Source: Catajapyx aquilonaris (lineage: Eukaryota). Taken from it: DNA of 64,000 nt. This document shows, piece by piece, positions 36,027-49,066 of the stretch (positions are counted from its first letter, which is position 1; each line of letters starts with the position of its first letter). Location: NCBI GenBank assembly GCA_000934665.2, contig KZ538182.1:1-64000 (forward strand). Reading direction: 5' to 3'. The notes under the pieces are model-generated. The model did no database searches and was not told the origin of the DNA. It saw nothing but the letters and a program-made list of their open reading frames with translations. The position numbers and the translations under genes are program-made.

Positions 36027-37938
36027 TTAGCGACTGGTATGCAACGTACCGTCTCCATGTATGGTGCACTGCTCCGTGAGGCAGATCCAGATTGGCTGTA
36101 AGTAAGAAAACCGTTACACCAATGACATGCTGTGACTGTTGCATTGTTGTACTTACAGGTGCTAATGCTTCGAAGATGCACTCGGCACCTTCCCACGACG
36201 CCTTGCACCGTGTCTCCTCCGTGATCTCTGTAAAGTAAGACAGTACATATCAGTTGATCAACAAAGCGAGACAGACAGCATATGTATACCTGTGCGGTTC
36301 TTGGTGACCTCGATGACCTGTTCCTCTACGCACTCGTCGATGAGCTTCTCCATCTCCGTGTCCTTCTCCTTGTTGTGCTTCTTTGCGATCAGGTCGGTCA
36401 CCAGGTGAGCCAACTCCTTACCTGAAGCCAGCTCATTGCCGTCCAGCTGCAATAACCAATGCGACCAACAATCAGGCTAGGGGGTTGAGAAGAACCATAA
36501 AACGTATACTAACCAGGTCCAGCTTCTTCATGATGCATTGCGCCTTGCACTGTCCAAATAATAAGGAAGAGAGAGGTCGTGATAGTAGGTACATGATATG
36601 GGATGAACTATTATTATTATTTTATAAAGGCTGCATGACTGACCTTCTTCTCTGCCTCGTCGAATATCTCTAGGAGCTGCTCCCTGGTGAAGGCCTTGAC
36701 GCAATCGTCAGGCTCCCTAGGGATGGTCGTGGACATGTCCATCATCCAGCAGGGCAGCTTGACCCCTACCTCCCTGCTGCACTCCAGGAAGGCCGTCATC
36801 TCTCGCTCCGTCAGGTGGATGCACTCCTTTGAAGGAATTTCAGAGGTGGGCACATCAAACAACAATGCAACTTATTATTGTCACTATTGCTAATATAATA
36901 CATACCTTCCAGACTTTGTTGGCGTGTGGGATACACTTCTCCTGAGCCTTGGTGTCATTCTCTTCACGACATATCATCCAGGAAGACAGCGTCAAAGGAA
37001 AGAGAATCATGCACTTTTCACTTTGCGCAAGAGTTTAATGACTAACGTAAGTAGACTACTGTATCTGCCTAAACCGCAAAGCATTAATATACATACATAC
37101 ATACATACATTTCCTTCACGGCATATTCCCATCAAGATGGGGTTACCAGCGATGACCAGGTAGGAACAGTCCACCTGGCCATCTCGAACGACCAGTATAA
37201 TGAATCCTCTGGTGACTGGTCAGGCCACGCAGAGGATATAATGAATAGGATGATAATGAAAAGGATGACATGAATACATACAGATACACAAACACACGCA
37301 CAATACACACATATAAATATACAAAAAACCATATAAAACTATGTAAAATCTATGTACAAATGAGTCTCCGGTTAAGCATTAATATGGAGAATCAATTGCT
37401 CTTTCATGTTTTTAGTGTTGCTAAAAAGCATCAAAAGACATTTAAAGAGCATTAACAATTGATTCACCATGAGAGACTCGGTAGCGATGCTCTTGTAATG
37501 CTGTTTGTTTCTAATTCAAAGAGAATTAAAAATTTAACTGTCCGTGGGATGCTCTTTTGATGGTTTGCGGTTTACAGCGTATGTGACCTACAGAAATTAC
37601 GTTCTCTTCTCGCTGAGAAGCAGCATTATGGAACTGGTACATTTTTGGCAAATGCTGTGATTTTAGACCTGTTTCGATCCCCCCAAAAAATTGCCAGGAT
37701 GGCCGAGTCACTACATGAAATGCACAAGCTGGGAGGGTCACACAATGCACTAAATTTTCCACTGCTGATTAATTAAGAGAAAAGGTCCAAACTCACGGAT
37801 GGCAGCGACGACCTGAAATGATGCAAATTGTGATAATTAGCGTGTCTAATTAAAACGTGGAGTTCATGCCGTCATAGGCAGACTTACGGAGAGGAGTGTG
37901 GCTCCGACGAGGACGACCAGATTGGATGTGGAGGTCAT
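36027..37938 (-). CDS. OBP-like secreted 12-Cys protein 1. Exons 37938-37888, 37812-37797, 36961-36906, 36826-36644, 36549-36514, 36446-36290, 36227-36157, 36095-36027 (~212 aa; optional extra exon 37215-37109 possible)
   Basis: Signal peptide MTSTSNLVVLVGATLLS|VVAA; ECSREVG...|CKAQCIMKKLDL|LDGNE...LIDEC...RCKASWEGAEC...|WICLTEQC: OBP spacing C2-x3-C3 and C5-x8-C6. Confidence 0.8.
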
Positions 37939-40322
37939 GGCGGGAGGTCACTCGGGGGAAGGGAACCACCACCAGCCAGCCAGCCAGTTCCTCCTCACCA
38001 GCAGCAGATATAGAGCTATTTTCTGACCCCCTTTTCATATTTATATATTTAGGAAGCCCACGTACGCCCCTGCATCATCAGGGAGTAGGGGGGGGATCGT
38101 CCTCTCTCTCATCCTTTTGTTGTGTGCTGTGTTTGTCGAGCGGGGGTGGATGGGGGTGGCACCTTTATTATCATCATTATCCTTGTGGGCCATCGAGAGG
38201 CCCACACCCATTGGCACCAGCAGCTCTCCCATTATTGTTGTGTGCTTCCAGAGAGTCCTTCCATCCCGTTGCAGGAAGGGCGAGCTCCATCGTGTCTATA
38301 TGTATACGAATGGAGCTGGGGGGATTATCCGGTGGCCCCGATGCAATATTATTATTATTATTATTAACAAGCGTCGCTGGAGTGTCATATGTGCTGCGTG
38401 CCTCACACGCTAGAAAAGGAGCGGGGCATAACAATAACGTTGTCGAGGTCTTCTTTGTCCCCCTCAAACACCCTGTATATGAGCAGTGTGACGTACGTCG
38501 TCTGCATTTTGTGACGTGTCCTCATCCTCTCTCTTCAAAGATAATAATGATTTAATGGCCGTCGTCGTCGTGACGCTTCCAATAAGAGGAGCTGGGCCAC
38601 CTTCGAAATAACACGTCCGGTCTATATAAACTGACCGTGGTCAAGTGTTGCGTGTGAAGTTATATACCGTGGGAACAGAGTTGTCGTGTCCAGCATTGGA
38701 GAAATGAATTGGACGTACAATCGGGAAGCTCAAATGTAGGTCCTGCATGTCGTATAAGGAAATGGGGCCCGATACAGTCATTTTGTCGCCAAACGAGGAC
38801 TTGGTATTATGACACTGTGAAGCAGGATATTTGTCAGGACAAAAGCCGCCTACAGATGAAAGTAAATTATTGTGGCTCATTCATTCCCACTGTCAATGAG
38901 ATCCTATCCTACATTTTGCGAACTCATGTCAAAAAAAAAGTCCCGAATTTTAAACGAATTTCGGTGTTTTTTGTTTGACTAAATACGTATTAGTTTTCGA
39001 GCTATGATTGATCTAAGGTCCTAATAATTATACGGTGTTGCCCCGCCCCCCCTGACGTCACTGTGGCTAAACAGATCGGTGCAGAGGCAGGAACGCACCC
39101 GGGATGATTTGTTTGCTTCACGGTTCGTTTGCTTTGTTGGCGCCCCTGCCAACCGGGAATCGAACGACAGCCAAGCAAAGCCGTGGTCTGCTGACGTCAC
39201 TGTGGTCAGGCAGGAGTGGGAATGCGCCCATTTATGCCACGCCCCCCTTTTCGCACCAATTTGAACGCTACTTTTAAATTATCGCGGTGCTGAAAGTGGT
39301 GGAATTACAATGTTGTTTGGGTGTACTTTCCCACATCCCATAACAAGGGTGTAGGACCGCATGGGGGTCCTATTGGTCTGGGATTTTGGGTTTTTATAGA
39401 AATGTGTTTGTGGATCACATATGTGACTTTAAAAAAAAAAAAAAAAGACACGCAGCTTCTCTTAAAGGTCCTTTCAATATTATTGTCTGGAGGCGAACAT
39501 ATCTCAACTTGACAATTATTAGGCCTATTGGTTTGGCTGTTGCACATACCTTTGATGCCTGAAGTTTCCCTCTCGTTCAATGTCAGGGAATATCCTGCCG
39601 GTTATGCCACCATTCAACCCAGCAGTGGCATATCCCGCAGGATAACTGCGTATAATAACGACGTGTATGTATACTTTGAGGAGCATGTGAGTTTTTGGGT
39701 GTGCAGCTTTTTTTATTTATTTTTATTTCCTCCCGTTTTCCCCTCCCTTTATATGACCTGAAATTAAAATGATCCCGAATGTGCACGGAATAAAAGCAAC
39801 CAGCTTCCGTTGTAGTCCGTCCCGCGTGATGATGGGCGTGGACTCCTCTTCTGCATCACATTCTGCCGTACAGCACCATACATCATTGTCGACCCTCCCT
39901 GCACGACATGCCGCACTCAAAAGCATTACCCTTACGTAATTATTATTGACGGGACCTCTCCCTCGAACAAACTCTTCCCAAATGAGCCACCCGGTTCCTG
40001 TACCAATAAGTAGTGTATGTGTACAGAGGGTTTCATCATGAATCAAACTAGCCGGTGTAGATGAATGTTTTAACGAGTGCGCATCCACACTCGCGCAGCT
40101 CCATTGCTCTGAAAACAACGTTGCCGGAGTTACTCTCCAGGGATCAACACACGTTCGTTCAAGAGTATCGGCAACGTCGCAAACGTCGGCCATTTTGTTC
40201 CCATCACAATCGTAGCGTTGGAAATATACTTACTATACAGAGAGCTTACCAGCTAGATATCACTGATAATTCCAACGGTGAAAGATGCGCGAACTGTTGG
40301 TGCTCATTGCGTTCGCAAAGAA

Positions 40323-40411
40323 ATAATTGAATCGGTCATTTGGAAAAGAGGTCATCTCCAGCGCATTTCCAGAGGATATATGACCCCTTTTCAAAATGAC
40401 CGATTCAATTA
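40323..40411. repeat. Small foldback (mini-MITE-like hairpin)
   Basis: ATAATTGAATCGGTCATTTGGAAAAGAGGTCAT ... ATGACCCCTTTTCAAAATGACCGATTCAATTAT. Confidence 0.7.
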
Positions 40412-40854
40412 TAGTACGACCTCGTCCTCTCTCCGCCAGTTATAATCAGTAGCATTGCGGTGCAGTTGGGCAATTTTCGGGTCATATTTATTAATTATGT
40501 AGTTTAATGACAGAGATTTTTGGGTTAGTAACGGGGGTTGAGTGCGGGGTAATTATTAATAAAAAGTGAGCAATTGTTCCATCCAATTTCGAACTCTCCA
40601 GTTCATTGTTGTATATATCGGTTATTTTTACAGCCGTTTCGAACATTGTTGGAAGACTGCAACAATGCGCCTTTTTTGTGTGTGTGTGGGGGGTAGGGGT
40701 TGGGATGAGGTCGAGAGGAGGGGTTAGTAACAATCTGCCGACGTTTTACAGGCCGATGGGTTCTTGTATCCAATTGTTGCGTCGGCAGTGGTTGGTGACT
40801 TATGTTTTTTTTTTTTAAACTGTCCATTGTTGTTTAGTATATAGTTCCAGCCGA

Positions 40855-42078
40855 TTAGAAGCCTGGGAGGAAGAAGGACCTCTTCTTCCTGGCTCCCTGC
40901 TGGTCCTCCATGATCCTTTGGCACACGCCGGACATGCAGCTCATCACGCGCTGTTGATGGTGACAGAAGCGATTGTTACATTCAGCGGGGTCAACAATGA
41001 CCGAAGTCCGAAGAGAACTTACGTCAACAACGATGGGGATGCTGCACTCGATGGCGTTCTCTGCGGCGAAGCACCCGATGGCCCTCTTTCCATCTGGAAT
41101 GAACCCATGTTTATAGCATATATGCTGGACAGGGCCCCGCTCATTACTTGGACCATCATCATGCACTTACTTTCCTTCTCTCCGAATGGGTTGAACATGC
41201 TGGTCTCCGGTGGGTTCTGCATGCACATGGTGAAGTTGTTCCTGTGGGCGTCGGTCAGGCCTCCGTCCTCGAAGAAATGGGTGTGCAGGTAGTGGAAGAA
41301 TCGGCTCTCAAGAAGGAGGCCCTCCTCGTCCATCTGATGGTGATGGTACAACACAGTCGTGTTAAGGCCTGTTCACGCGACTTGAGCCTCGGTCGCACGA
41401 CCAAAAAAAATGGGGAACCCCCGAAAAGAGTGTGCGTACTTACCAATCCAAGACCCTGGAATGCGCACTTGGCCAAGCACTGAGGAATAAGAAACGTGTT
41501 ACATAAGATTATTATGATGCGTGGATGCTGCTGCGAAGGGAGGGCAACGTGTGTCGACCTTACCTTCGACCTGACCTGGGTACCGAACTCCATCCAGATC
41601 TCGATGTCGTCGTCGCATTCGGACCAGTCCTCTCCGTTGATGATGGCAATGAAGGCGCAGGGGATCTTGATGTCCAGGTGCTTCGTGCAGGTCAGGACGG
41701 CCTCGAGGACCTGGGGGGTCACCACGTTGCAAGCCTATAATATAATGAGGAGAAAAATTATTGTCAGGACAGCGCAACAATGAGAATAAGCCACAACAAT
41801 AATAAACCTTGAGAGCTGCAGGGACCAACTTTCCGGGGCAATCCAGGTCGCCAGCCTTGCCGGCCACTTCTGCAAAGATATAAGAGCGACGATTGTTGCA
41901 GCAGGTACTACATACATCAACAATGCGGCTTAATAATTACCTGCGGCGTTCATTGCAGTTGCGCTGTGCGCCTGCAACAATGGGACGATTATTCGTTCAA
42001 TATTATTTAAAAAGGGCTGTAAATGATATTATTCCAACGTACCACTGCGGCGACTAGGAGCAAGAGTTGGTACATCAT
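40855..42078 (-). CDS. OBP-like secreted 12-Cys protein 2. Exons 42078-42043, 41971-41941, 41869-41808, 41734-41564, 41479-41444, 41333-41171, 41093-41023, 40950-40855 (221 aa)
   Basis: MMYQLLLLVAAV|AHSATA; DCPGKLVPAALK|ACN...TCTKHLDIKIPC...EC...|CLAKCAFQGLGL|MDEEG...TMCMQ...|GCFAAENAIEC...|SCMSGVC; TATA-like TATATTTAAA on the minus strand at 42207-42198. Confidence 0.85.
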
Positions 42079-43267
42079 GATGATGGGTATGTTCCTATGT
42101 GTCACACTGATGCTGGGTAATGTCTGTCTGTCTGTTTGCATGTGTCGTTCACGAATGACTGGTTCAAGAAAGACTGTGGAGTCGGGCGGGGTCGACCTTT
42201 AAATATAACGCGTGGTATGTCCTCAGTTACGTCCGGACACTGCACATCCTCCCGCTGCCTCCCCCCTTTTTTTCCTCATGAAAAGCTTCCTTCCCATGGA
42301 TGATCGTGATGCTGTGTGTATGGTGGGTCGACAGACCTTGAGGGGAGAGGAAGAGGCCTCATCGCCACTCATGTTCGGGGCACAGGAATGTCCGTCATGC
42401 CGTTACGCAATATAGGCAAAGACGCCGCCGACCGACAACAATAATTGTCAGCCATATTTATCACCTAGCCTAAAAATCAGAGTCATTTCGGACAAGATGG
42501 GATTGTCATATACCTTCGCCTTCATGACAGTGGTACGGTAACATAATTATATAGGTGATTTTTTTTACGAGCTCAACCGTGTGCGCAGCCACATTCGCGC
42601 AGCTGCACAACGTTGCCAGAGTTACTCCCCAGGTAGATCTGAGGTTCGTTCTAGAGCCTTGGCAGCGTCGCAAATGTGGGCCATCACCCCAGCCGTGTAG
42701 CATTGGAAATAAATGCAGCACTCTATCATTGATAATGCCAACCCTGCTCGTTGCGCAAAATATGCGTTGCGTTCGTGTAAAAATCTACAGTGGGAAGATT
42801 CTTGTATGCAAATTGCGACGGAGTATTTCCTAATTAGATTTCGCAATTCTGCCTACATTTTTTGCAATTGAATTATTTCTGCATGGTTCTGGGCATTATT
42901 GGGTGGATGTGCCTACATGAGTTGCGACACATTGCTAGTGGCATTGTCTCTGCTCACCTGAGGCAAGGACACCCCCCATTCATCTGATGACGGACACAGC
43001 ATACACAGCTGGTACATGAATTATTCAGAATGTGGGGAGGTTTTTGCGCAGGTGACGCTGGTTTCTGGATGATGAATAATCGCGTGTGTAAAGGTGTGTA
43101 CGACATCCAGGAGAAGATTGGAGCCGCAGATACACTTGAGGCCGCCCCTGCTGCCCCTCTATCATGAGGATGCTGTAGAGATAGATTCGGTACAGCGTAG
43201 CATCAACCACTGCACCGAGGAAATATACTCACTCGCTTATTGGCATTTAACTCTGTCTACATGTGGG

Positions 43268-43613
43268 CAGGGAGCATATACTACATAAGAGGCGCAAACT
43301 TCTGTCGTCGCCTGTGATGTCCGCGTCTCTCTGTTTGGGGCCGTTGCCAAGGCTAGCGACCATTTTGAAGTGCGGGCAACGCCAACGAGGTATATTAAAT
43401 ATGGTACAGGCAAAAATAGGGTCCGCCATCTTTGATTCGCGCGTGTAGTTGCCAAAACCATCAAAGATGGCGGACCCTATTTTTGCCTGTACCCTATTTA
43501 TACCTCGTTGGCGTTCCCCACACTTCAAGATGACCGCCAGCCTTGGCAACGGCCCCAAACAGAGAGACGCGAAAATCGAATGTTTGTGCCTCTTATGTAG
43601 TATATGCTCCCTG
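43268..43613. mobile_element. MITE family A, copy 3 (7-bp TSD ATGTGGG)
   Basis: CAGGGAGCATATACTACATAAGAGG...CCTCTTATGTAGTATATGCTCCCTG; TSD at 43261-43267 and 43614-43620. Confidence 0.92.
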
Positions 43614-43694
43614 ATGTGGGTTCAAAAGTGCGAGGGCTGCATTACATGGGAAATAAACATCTAACTATTGCCTATATAGGCGTTGAGTTATGTA

Positions 43695-43835
43695 CAGGGC
43701 GACCCTAAAGTCAGGACACATTTGTCATTGGATTGTATTGTTGGTTTCCAGTTGTGCCAACTTGTGCCAACTCAGCCTTTACTTGCTGTCAACAATCTCC
43801 TAGTTGGCACAACTGGAAACCAACAATGCATCTAC
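43695..43835. mobile_element. Tc1/mariner-type MITE fragment; related fragments at ~45765-45833, 48860-48961, 53400-53490
   Basis: TA-CAGGGCGACCCTAAAGTCAGG end and internal palindrome TTGGTTTCCAGTTGTGCCAACT...AGTTGGCACAACTGGAAACCAA; matching opposite end CCTGACTTTAGAGTCACTCTG-TA at 48941-48963. Confidence 0.6.
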
Positions 43836-44585
43836 ATGTATTAAACGAAGAATGTTCATATTAATTAGTAGCTTTAACTGCAAAGGTGTCATCGTCTCTG
43901 TATTGTGAGTCATTCTAGGATATGCCCCTTTTTTTTGGAAAAAAAACTAATAACGTGTCGTTTCTTACGCGTGAATATCTCAGTTTCAACAATGGTATAT
44001 ATGTCTTGCATTCTCAGATCCTATCGGGACAATAGTACGGGATGCCTTTTATGAGACTGGTTGCCCCGGAGGATTCCGATGTCAGCTTTTTTGCAATAAT
44101 TTCAGTAGCCTTCTGACAGGTAAATCGACTGATTATTTCCTGTTTGGGTGACCGACAAAGAGGATGATCGTCATCGATTCTTCTTCAGCAAACTGTATCC
44201 GTGGTGCAATCGTGGGAGTATTTGCGACGACCCTCGTTACATGAATCGGCCTGTGTATTCGTGCGTGTATGCCATATAAGGATTGACGATGGGATGAGGA
44301 AGGTGTGTCCAGCACGCGATGGAAGGCCCCACAATCGCCTTTCCCTTTATTGTTGCACGGCCCGACTCTTGTGTCGGCAGCAGGAAACCCTTTTGTTGTG
44401 GGGCAGCATATCGGCCTTCATAATAATGGGACGTCGCTTGATTGGACGAGCTGCCTGCTGGATGTGCCGTATATGGTGGTGGTATGTGTACAGTACAAGA
44501 ATGAGACTGAGCCCGATCAAGGTCGAACATTGTTGCCGTTGCACTTTATTGTTGCGTGACAATGTGTATAACAACAGGCACAGTG

Positions 44586-46536
44586 CTAGACCAATTCAAT
44601 GGCTGCGGTGAGGCTCTCGCACTCTGCGTCCAGGCAGGCCTCCACCTCCTGAAATACCGAGACATGTATTTAATAGGTACCTACCCAGAAGCTGTGCACT
44701 GTGCTGTACATACAGGCAGTACAATGTCGGCGACACATGTCAGCGCCCAATACGCGGCTGCACAGGTCTTGTCCATTGGGACCAGCCCTTCATCTGCAAT
44801 TAAGGAACGATGGCGTCTCATGATATGTTGTGAACGCAAGGTCACTCTTTATGTATAGAGGTGTCATTAATGGGCCTGTACATGGCACCTAGCTGTGGGA
44901 ATAATCATTTGTCACTGTTAATTATTGATGAGCCCTCACCTGCTCCTGTCTCCAGGGCTCCTATTTCCTGCAGGGCTCCCGACAGAGAGAGGCATTTGAC
45001 CAGCCTGTCCTGAGCCTTCTGAAGCTTCTGAAGCTGAAGGAGGTTCCTGTCCTGCAGACCGTGATTCAGGAGCCAAGAGTGGGGGAGATCACTCCCTGAT
45101 GCAGGAGCTGCGGGAGAACTGTCTGATGCTTCTGGGTCCTTCATCTGCAGGAAGGGCAGCTGGGACAGCAGCCAAGACATCCTGGACGCGTCCGGGAGAC
45201 CGTCCGGACCAAGCTTTAGTAAGGGATTCGCCAGATTTATAGTCAGGGATTTGGAACATTTTACGTAATTTCTTCAAACAAAAAACATCCGAAAAAAACA
45301 GTACAATTTTTTACATGCTGGGTTTGTCAATATTGTCGGCTATGACCACATTTTGCAAATATATTGCAGACATAAAAATATGACCAAATTTAATATGCGT
45401 CATCCTGTATAGATGACATCGCGGCAAGCCAAAGGTAGATCTGAGGCCATCTGATTGTTGCGTATAGTTGCATGTTCACGCCTATTGTGATTCTAGCCAT
45501 TTTATATTCAATAAAAACATGCCTCCAAGGCCGCCCTCCCGTGTGACTCGCACCCACAATCATGCATGGATCTAGTGCCCCTGTGGCAACAATACTCACC
45601 AGTTCCATCTTCCTCCACACGCATTGGATGAAGCACTGCAACAATGCGACGGGATGTATACAGTAAGAAGCCAGATTTGGAACAGAAATGATAAAAAAAT
45701 CATTAAAATCCCACACTATAATACATGGTGACCCTACACAGTCTTGACACATAGGTAATCATATTGTATTGTTGGTTGACAATTGGCAACCAACAATGCA
45801 ACCTATATGTGTCGAGTCATTAGAGTCACCTTGTACATTGCAACTAATGAAGTTTCTTTGACAATTTCTTTGACAATAATGTTCTCATTGGTTGACTGTC
45901 GTGTGCGTCAATGACATGTAATAGCAGCTTCAATATTATTGCGAGGATGACCCCCAATAATGACCTTGTCCTGCATGTCCTGAGTCAGGTTCCAGAACGA
46001 CGTCCCTTCCTTGCACTTGGCTTGGTCTCTTGGCTGTTGCTGCACGAATAGACGGTACATGTCGCAGGGCAGCTCCACGTCCAGTTCCGCAGAGCAGCTG
46101 ACCACTGCCTCTCGGAGGTCGGGACTGACCAGCCCGCAGTTCTGCAGGGCATGAGGGCAGCAGTCAATAAGTGTTGGTGGTGTACCTTTGGGGTACTATG
46201 GCAGCACGTACCTCGTAGATTGCGTCTCCGAAGAGCTCCTCACAGTCAGCGGCTCCCAGCACCAGACTTCCGTTGACCACCTCTTCCTCTACCAGCAGGG
46301 CCGTACCCGGTACCCCCGATGCACCGCCGACCACCACCACCTCGTCCTCTTCCCACTGACCCACGCTTCCGTTTCTGGCAGAACCAACCGCATCGTCCTG
46401 TACCTACTCAAACAACGTTACCTTCCAACAGTACATACGACAGATGACCATACTATATACGGACCAAGTACATGGAGCGTGTCCGTCCAAGAGTGCAGGC
46501 GACCAGCAGGAGAAGCATCAGTGTCGGACCCTTCAT
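44586..46536 (-). CDS. OBP-like secreted 12-Cys protein 3. Exons 46536-46465, 46403-46212, 46141-45965, 45635-45600, 45213-44940, 44793-44714, 44648-44586 (~297 aa; first junction less certain)
   Basis: MKGPTLMLLLLVACTLG; ADCEELFGDAIYE|NCG...SCSAELDVELPC...KC...|CFIQCVWRKMEL|LGPDG...LVKCL...|TCAAAYWALTC...|ACLDAEC. Confidence 0.83.
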
Positions 46537-47142
46537 GGCTCGGAGCTGGTGTGTCCAGCACTGGCTGACCATCAGCTGTCGGTCCTCGGTGTTTGTTATA
46601 GTGGGCCATCGGAAGCCATGACCTACCCCTGATGCTGACCACTGACCACGCTCTAGTTGGCTCCACTTCTTTTATGCCATCAATCACGCAAATGCAGCGT
46701 TTTTTTAAAAAGGACCCACTTTGCCCAAACACATGTCAGGTGACGGGACAACAATGGTGCTGGAAATACGACAATGAGACTGGAACCGCACTCTTTTATT
46801 ATTGTACCGTATAGTGTTGTTGTTTCTCTTAGGATCAGCGCACCAGTTGGCTCTCCTTTTTTTTGCTTTCGAAACAATGGCACGCTCGTCCTATATATGC
46901 ATTTTTGGGGCTACCGTACTGTATACAGCCCACTATACAGAGGACCAGAGGATGTGATTGTCAAGAGTTTCAGCTGACGTCACCATTGTTGACTTGCTGT
47001 TAAACCCCAACAATGGTGCGACCTGAAAAACTGCAGTGTGCCCATTTTTTTGCGAAAAACATGCGATATATTTGCAGGGTACAAAACACGGGTGGTACAA
47101 CGAGAGTATGATCTACAACAATGCTACGGAGGGTTCCTTTTC

Positions 47143-48339
47143 CTACAGGAAGTGCCAGATCATACGCATGGTTGATGACCTCCGACCTCTCCTGGGCGTC
47201 GGAGTGGTTGATGCTCCGGTTCCAGTCAGAAGCCGACGGCAACTGTTCTCGAAGCATCCGTGCAGACGCTGCAAAATGGGTCAAAGGTCAGAAGGTCAGA
47301 AGTGGAGGGTTCATGTATTATAGACGGACACATACGTTGAGAGTGGGTGTGGCGGTGCAGAGGACCCCGCTCCAGATGGCCTCGCACGTGGGGCCGCCCC
47401 GGGTCTCCTCCTCGACCAGCCTGACCTCCCTCAGGCACTGCCTCAGACTCCTCTTCTCCTCGTCGGTCAGCACTGACCATCCGCGAACCCTCATGAACGA
47501 GTCCAGCGCAGTCACCGTCTTGTTCTCATCCAGAAGGTCATTCGAGCCCATCTAATAAACACATCCGTACAGTACATGTCATAAGGTCAAAGCACCCTCT
47601 GTACGTACCATGTTGAGCTTTCCATAGTAGCACCGTTCGAAGCACTGGAAAAGGACAGAAGGTCAAAGTTCTGTTGGTGCAGCATCGTACTGTCATGTAT
47701 ACTGACCACGTCCCTGGTGGACCGCTCGAATGCCTGCCACTCCTGCCTGACCTGACCTTGCCTGAGGTCGCACACTTCTTCGACAGGCTGCACCGGAGGC
47801 TGTCCGGGCCTCTGTGTAATACCTGCGCTGGAACCACCGGCCAGCATCCTGTTCCGGAGGGTGCACGGAAGCTGGATGCCCAGCTCCTCCACGCACTCCA
47901 GCTTCTTCTTCCGGTGGTCCTCGTCCGCAGAAGTGCTGCACTCCTTGTATGCGCAGTCATCAGACCCACAGAATTCAACACAATGTGCGTCATATACTTA
48001 CGGTGTTGATGCGTCTCCACTGTCTCAGGCACAGGCTGGTCTCCCAGGGCCGCAGGTCTGAAATCACAGCACTCGGTATAATAAACTCGTGAGAATACGG
48101 CCATTGTTGCACTTACCACCTTCGTCGTTGCTAAACTGAGGAGCAGCCTGGAGAAAGAAGAGGAGAAAAAGGCTTAAAAGAGTACAAGCCTATATAACAT
48201 TTCCAAGTAAGGCTCTCTCTCTCTCTCTCTCTCCGGATATGCTTCGGATATTATGGCAAAGATCATGTCTCACCCACGAGGTGGTGGCCGACGAGTAGAT
48301 GACGACGAGAAGTATCACTGTCGCAGGAACCAACGCCAT
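47143..48339 (-). CDS. OBP-like secreted 12-Cys protein 4. Exons 48339-48274, 48147-48117, 48057-48002, 47943-47707, 47644-47609, 47551-47336, 47268-47143 (255 aa)
   Basis: MALVPATVILLVVIYSSATTSW|AAP; LCLRQWRRINT|ECS...ECVEELGIQLPC...VC...|CFERCYYGKLNM|MGSND...RQCL...TCEAIWSGVLC...|GCFENSC; TATAAAAA on the minus strand at 48440-48433. Confidence 0.85.
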
Positions 48340-48793
48340 TGTTGTCCGTCTCCGTCGACTTTTGGAAGGGCTCAACACAGAACTGGACACAACCAAGCGT
48401 CTTCTATACGCAGAGTTAACATGTTCATGCTCTTTTTATACGTGCCTGTCCCAATAATTGGCCTCCTCCCCCCCCTCCTCCAACCACCTCCCCAATCCCT
48501 ATAGGTTCCATTGTTGTCCCCCCTCCCTTCCATGCCCATCTCTCTCAATCCCTTACCCCCCCAACTGGAGGTGACCTCGCCGTCTCTCTATTTTTCTATG
48601 CCCCGATGGAGCACAAAACGGTTTATTTTCAGAGGAGGGATGATGGAGAGAATGGAGGGTATACCATGAATAGAGAGGTAGTTTGCCCCATTATTGGAAC
48701 GGACAACAATGGGCAGGCGGTGTCATCACAAGCCATCGCAACCGCCTCCAAATGACGGAAGCAACAGGCTTTGCATAATGGCAGCTATATATA

Positions 48794-49066
48794 CAGGGTG
48801 GCACGACTTGGAATTTCATTATTGATTCTTACGCTCGTTTCTATTTATTTTTAATTAATTATTGCCAACTGTGCCAACTCAACCTTCAACAATCTCCAAG
48901 TTGGCACAACTGGAAACCAACAATTCAATTATTTATGTGCCCTGACTTTAGAGTCACTCTGTAGTCATCAACACATGCCTGATTAACAATGCAAAGTTTG
49001 AATCCTCGATGGTCGGAATTTTGCCAGTTTACAAACACCCGGAGACATACTTTTGCAGCCACCCTG
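48794..49066. mobile_element. Tc1/mariner-type MITE (composite or nested)
   Basis: TA-CAGGGTGGC ... GCCACCCTG-TA termini. Confidence 0.5.

Noticed and set aside
37109..37215. Additional exon of OBP-like gene 1
   Set aside because: It can be spliced in frame, but the paralog-conserved phase pattern is met without it; left as optional.
42950..44330. Possible seventh array member or small spliced gene
   Set aside because: Some splice-like signals, but no C-x3-C exon or coherent reading frame found.
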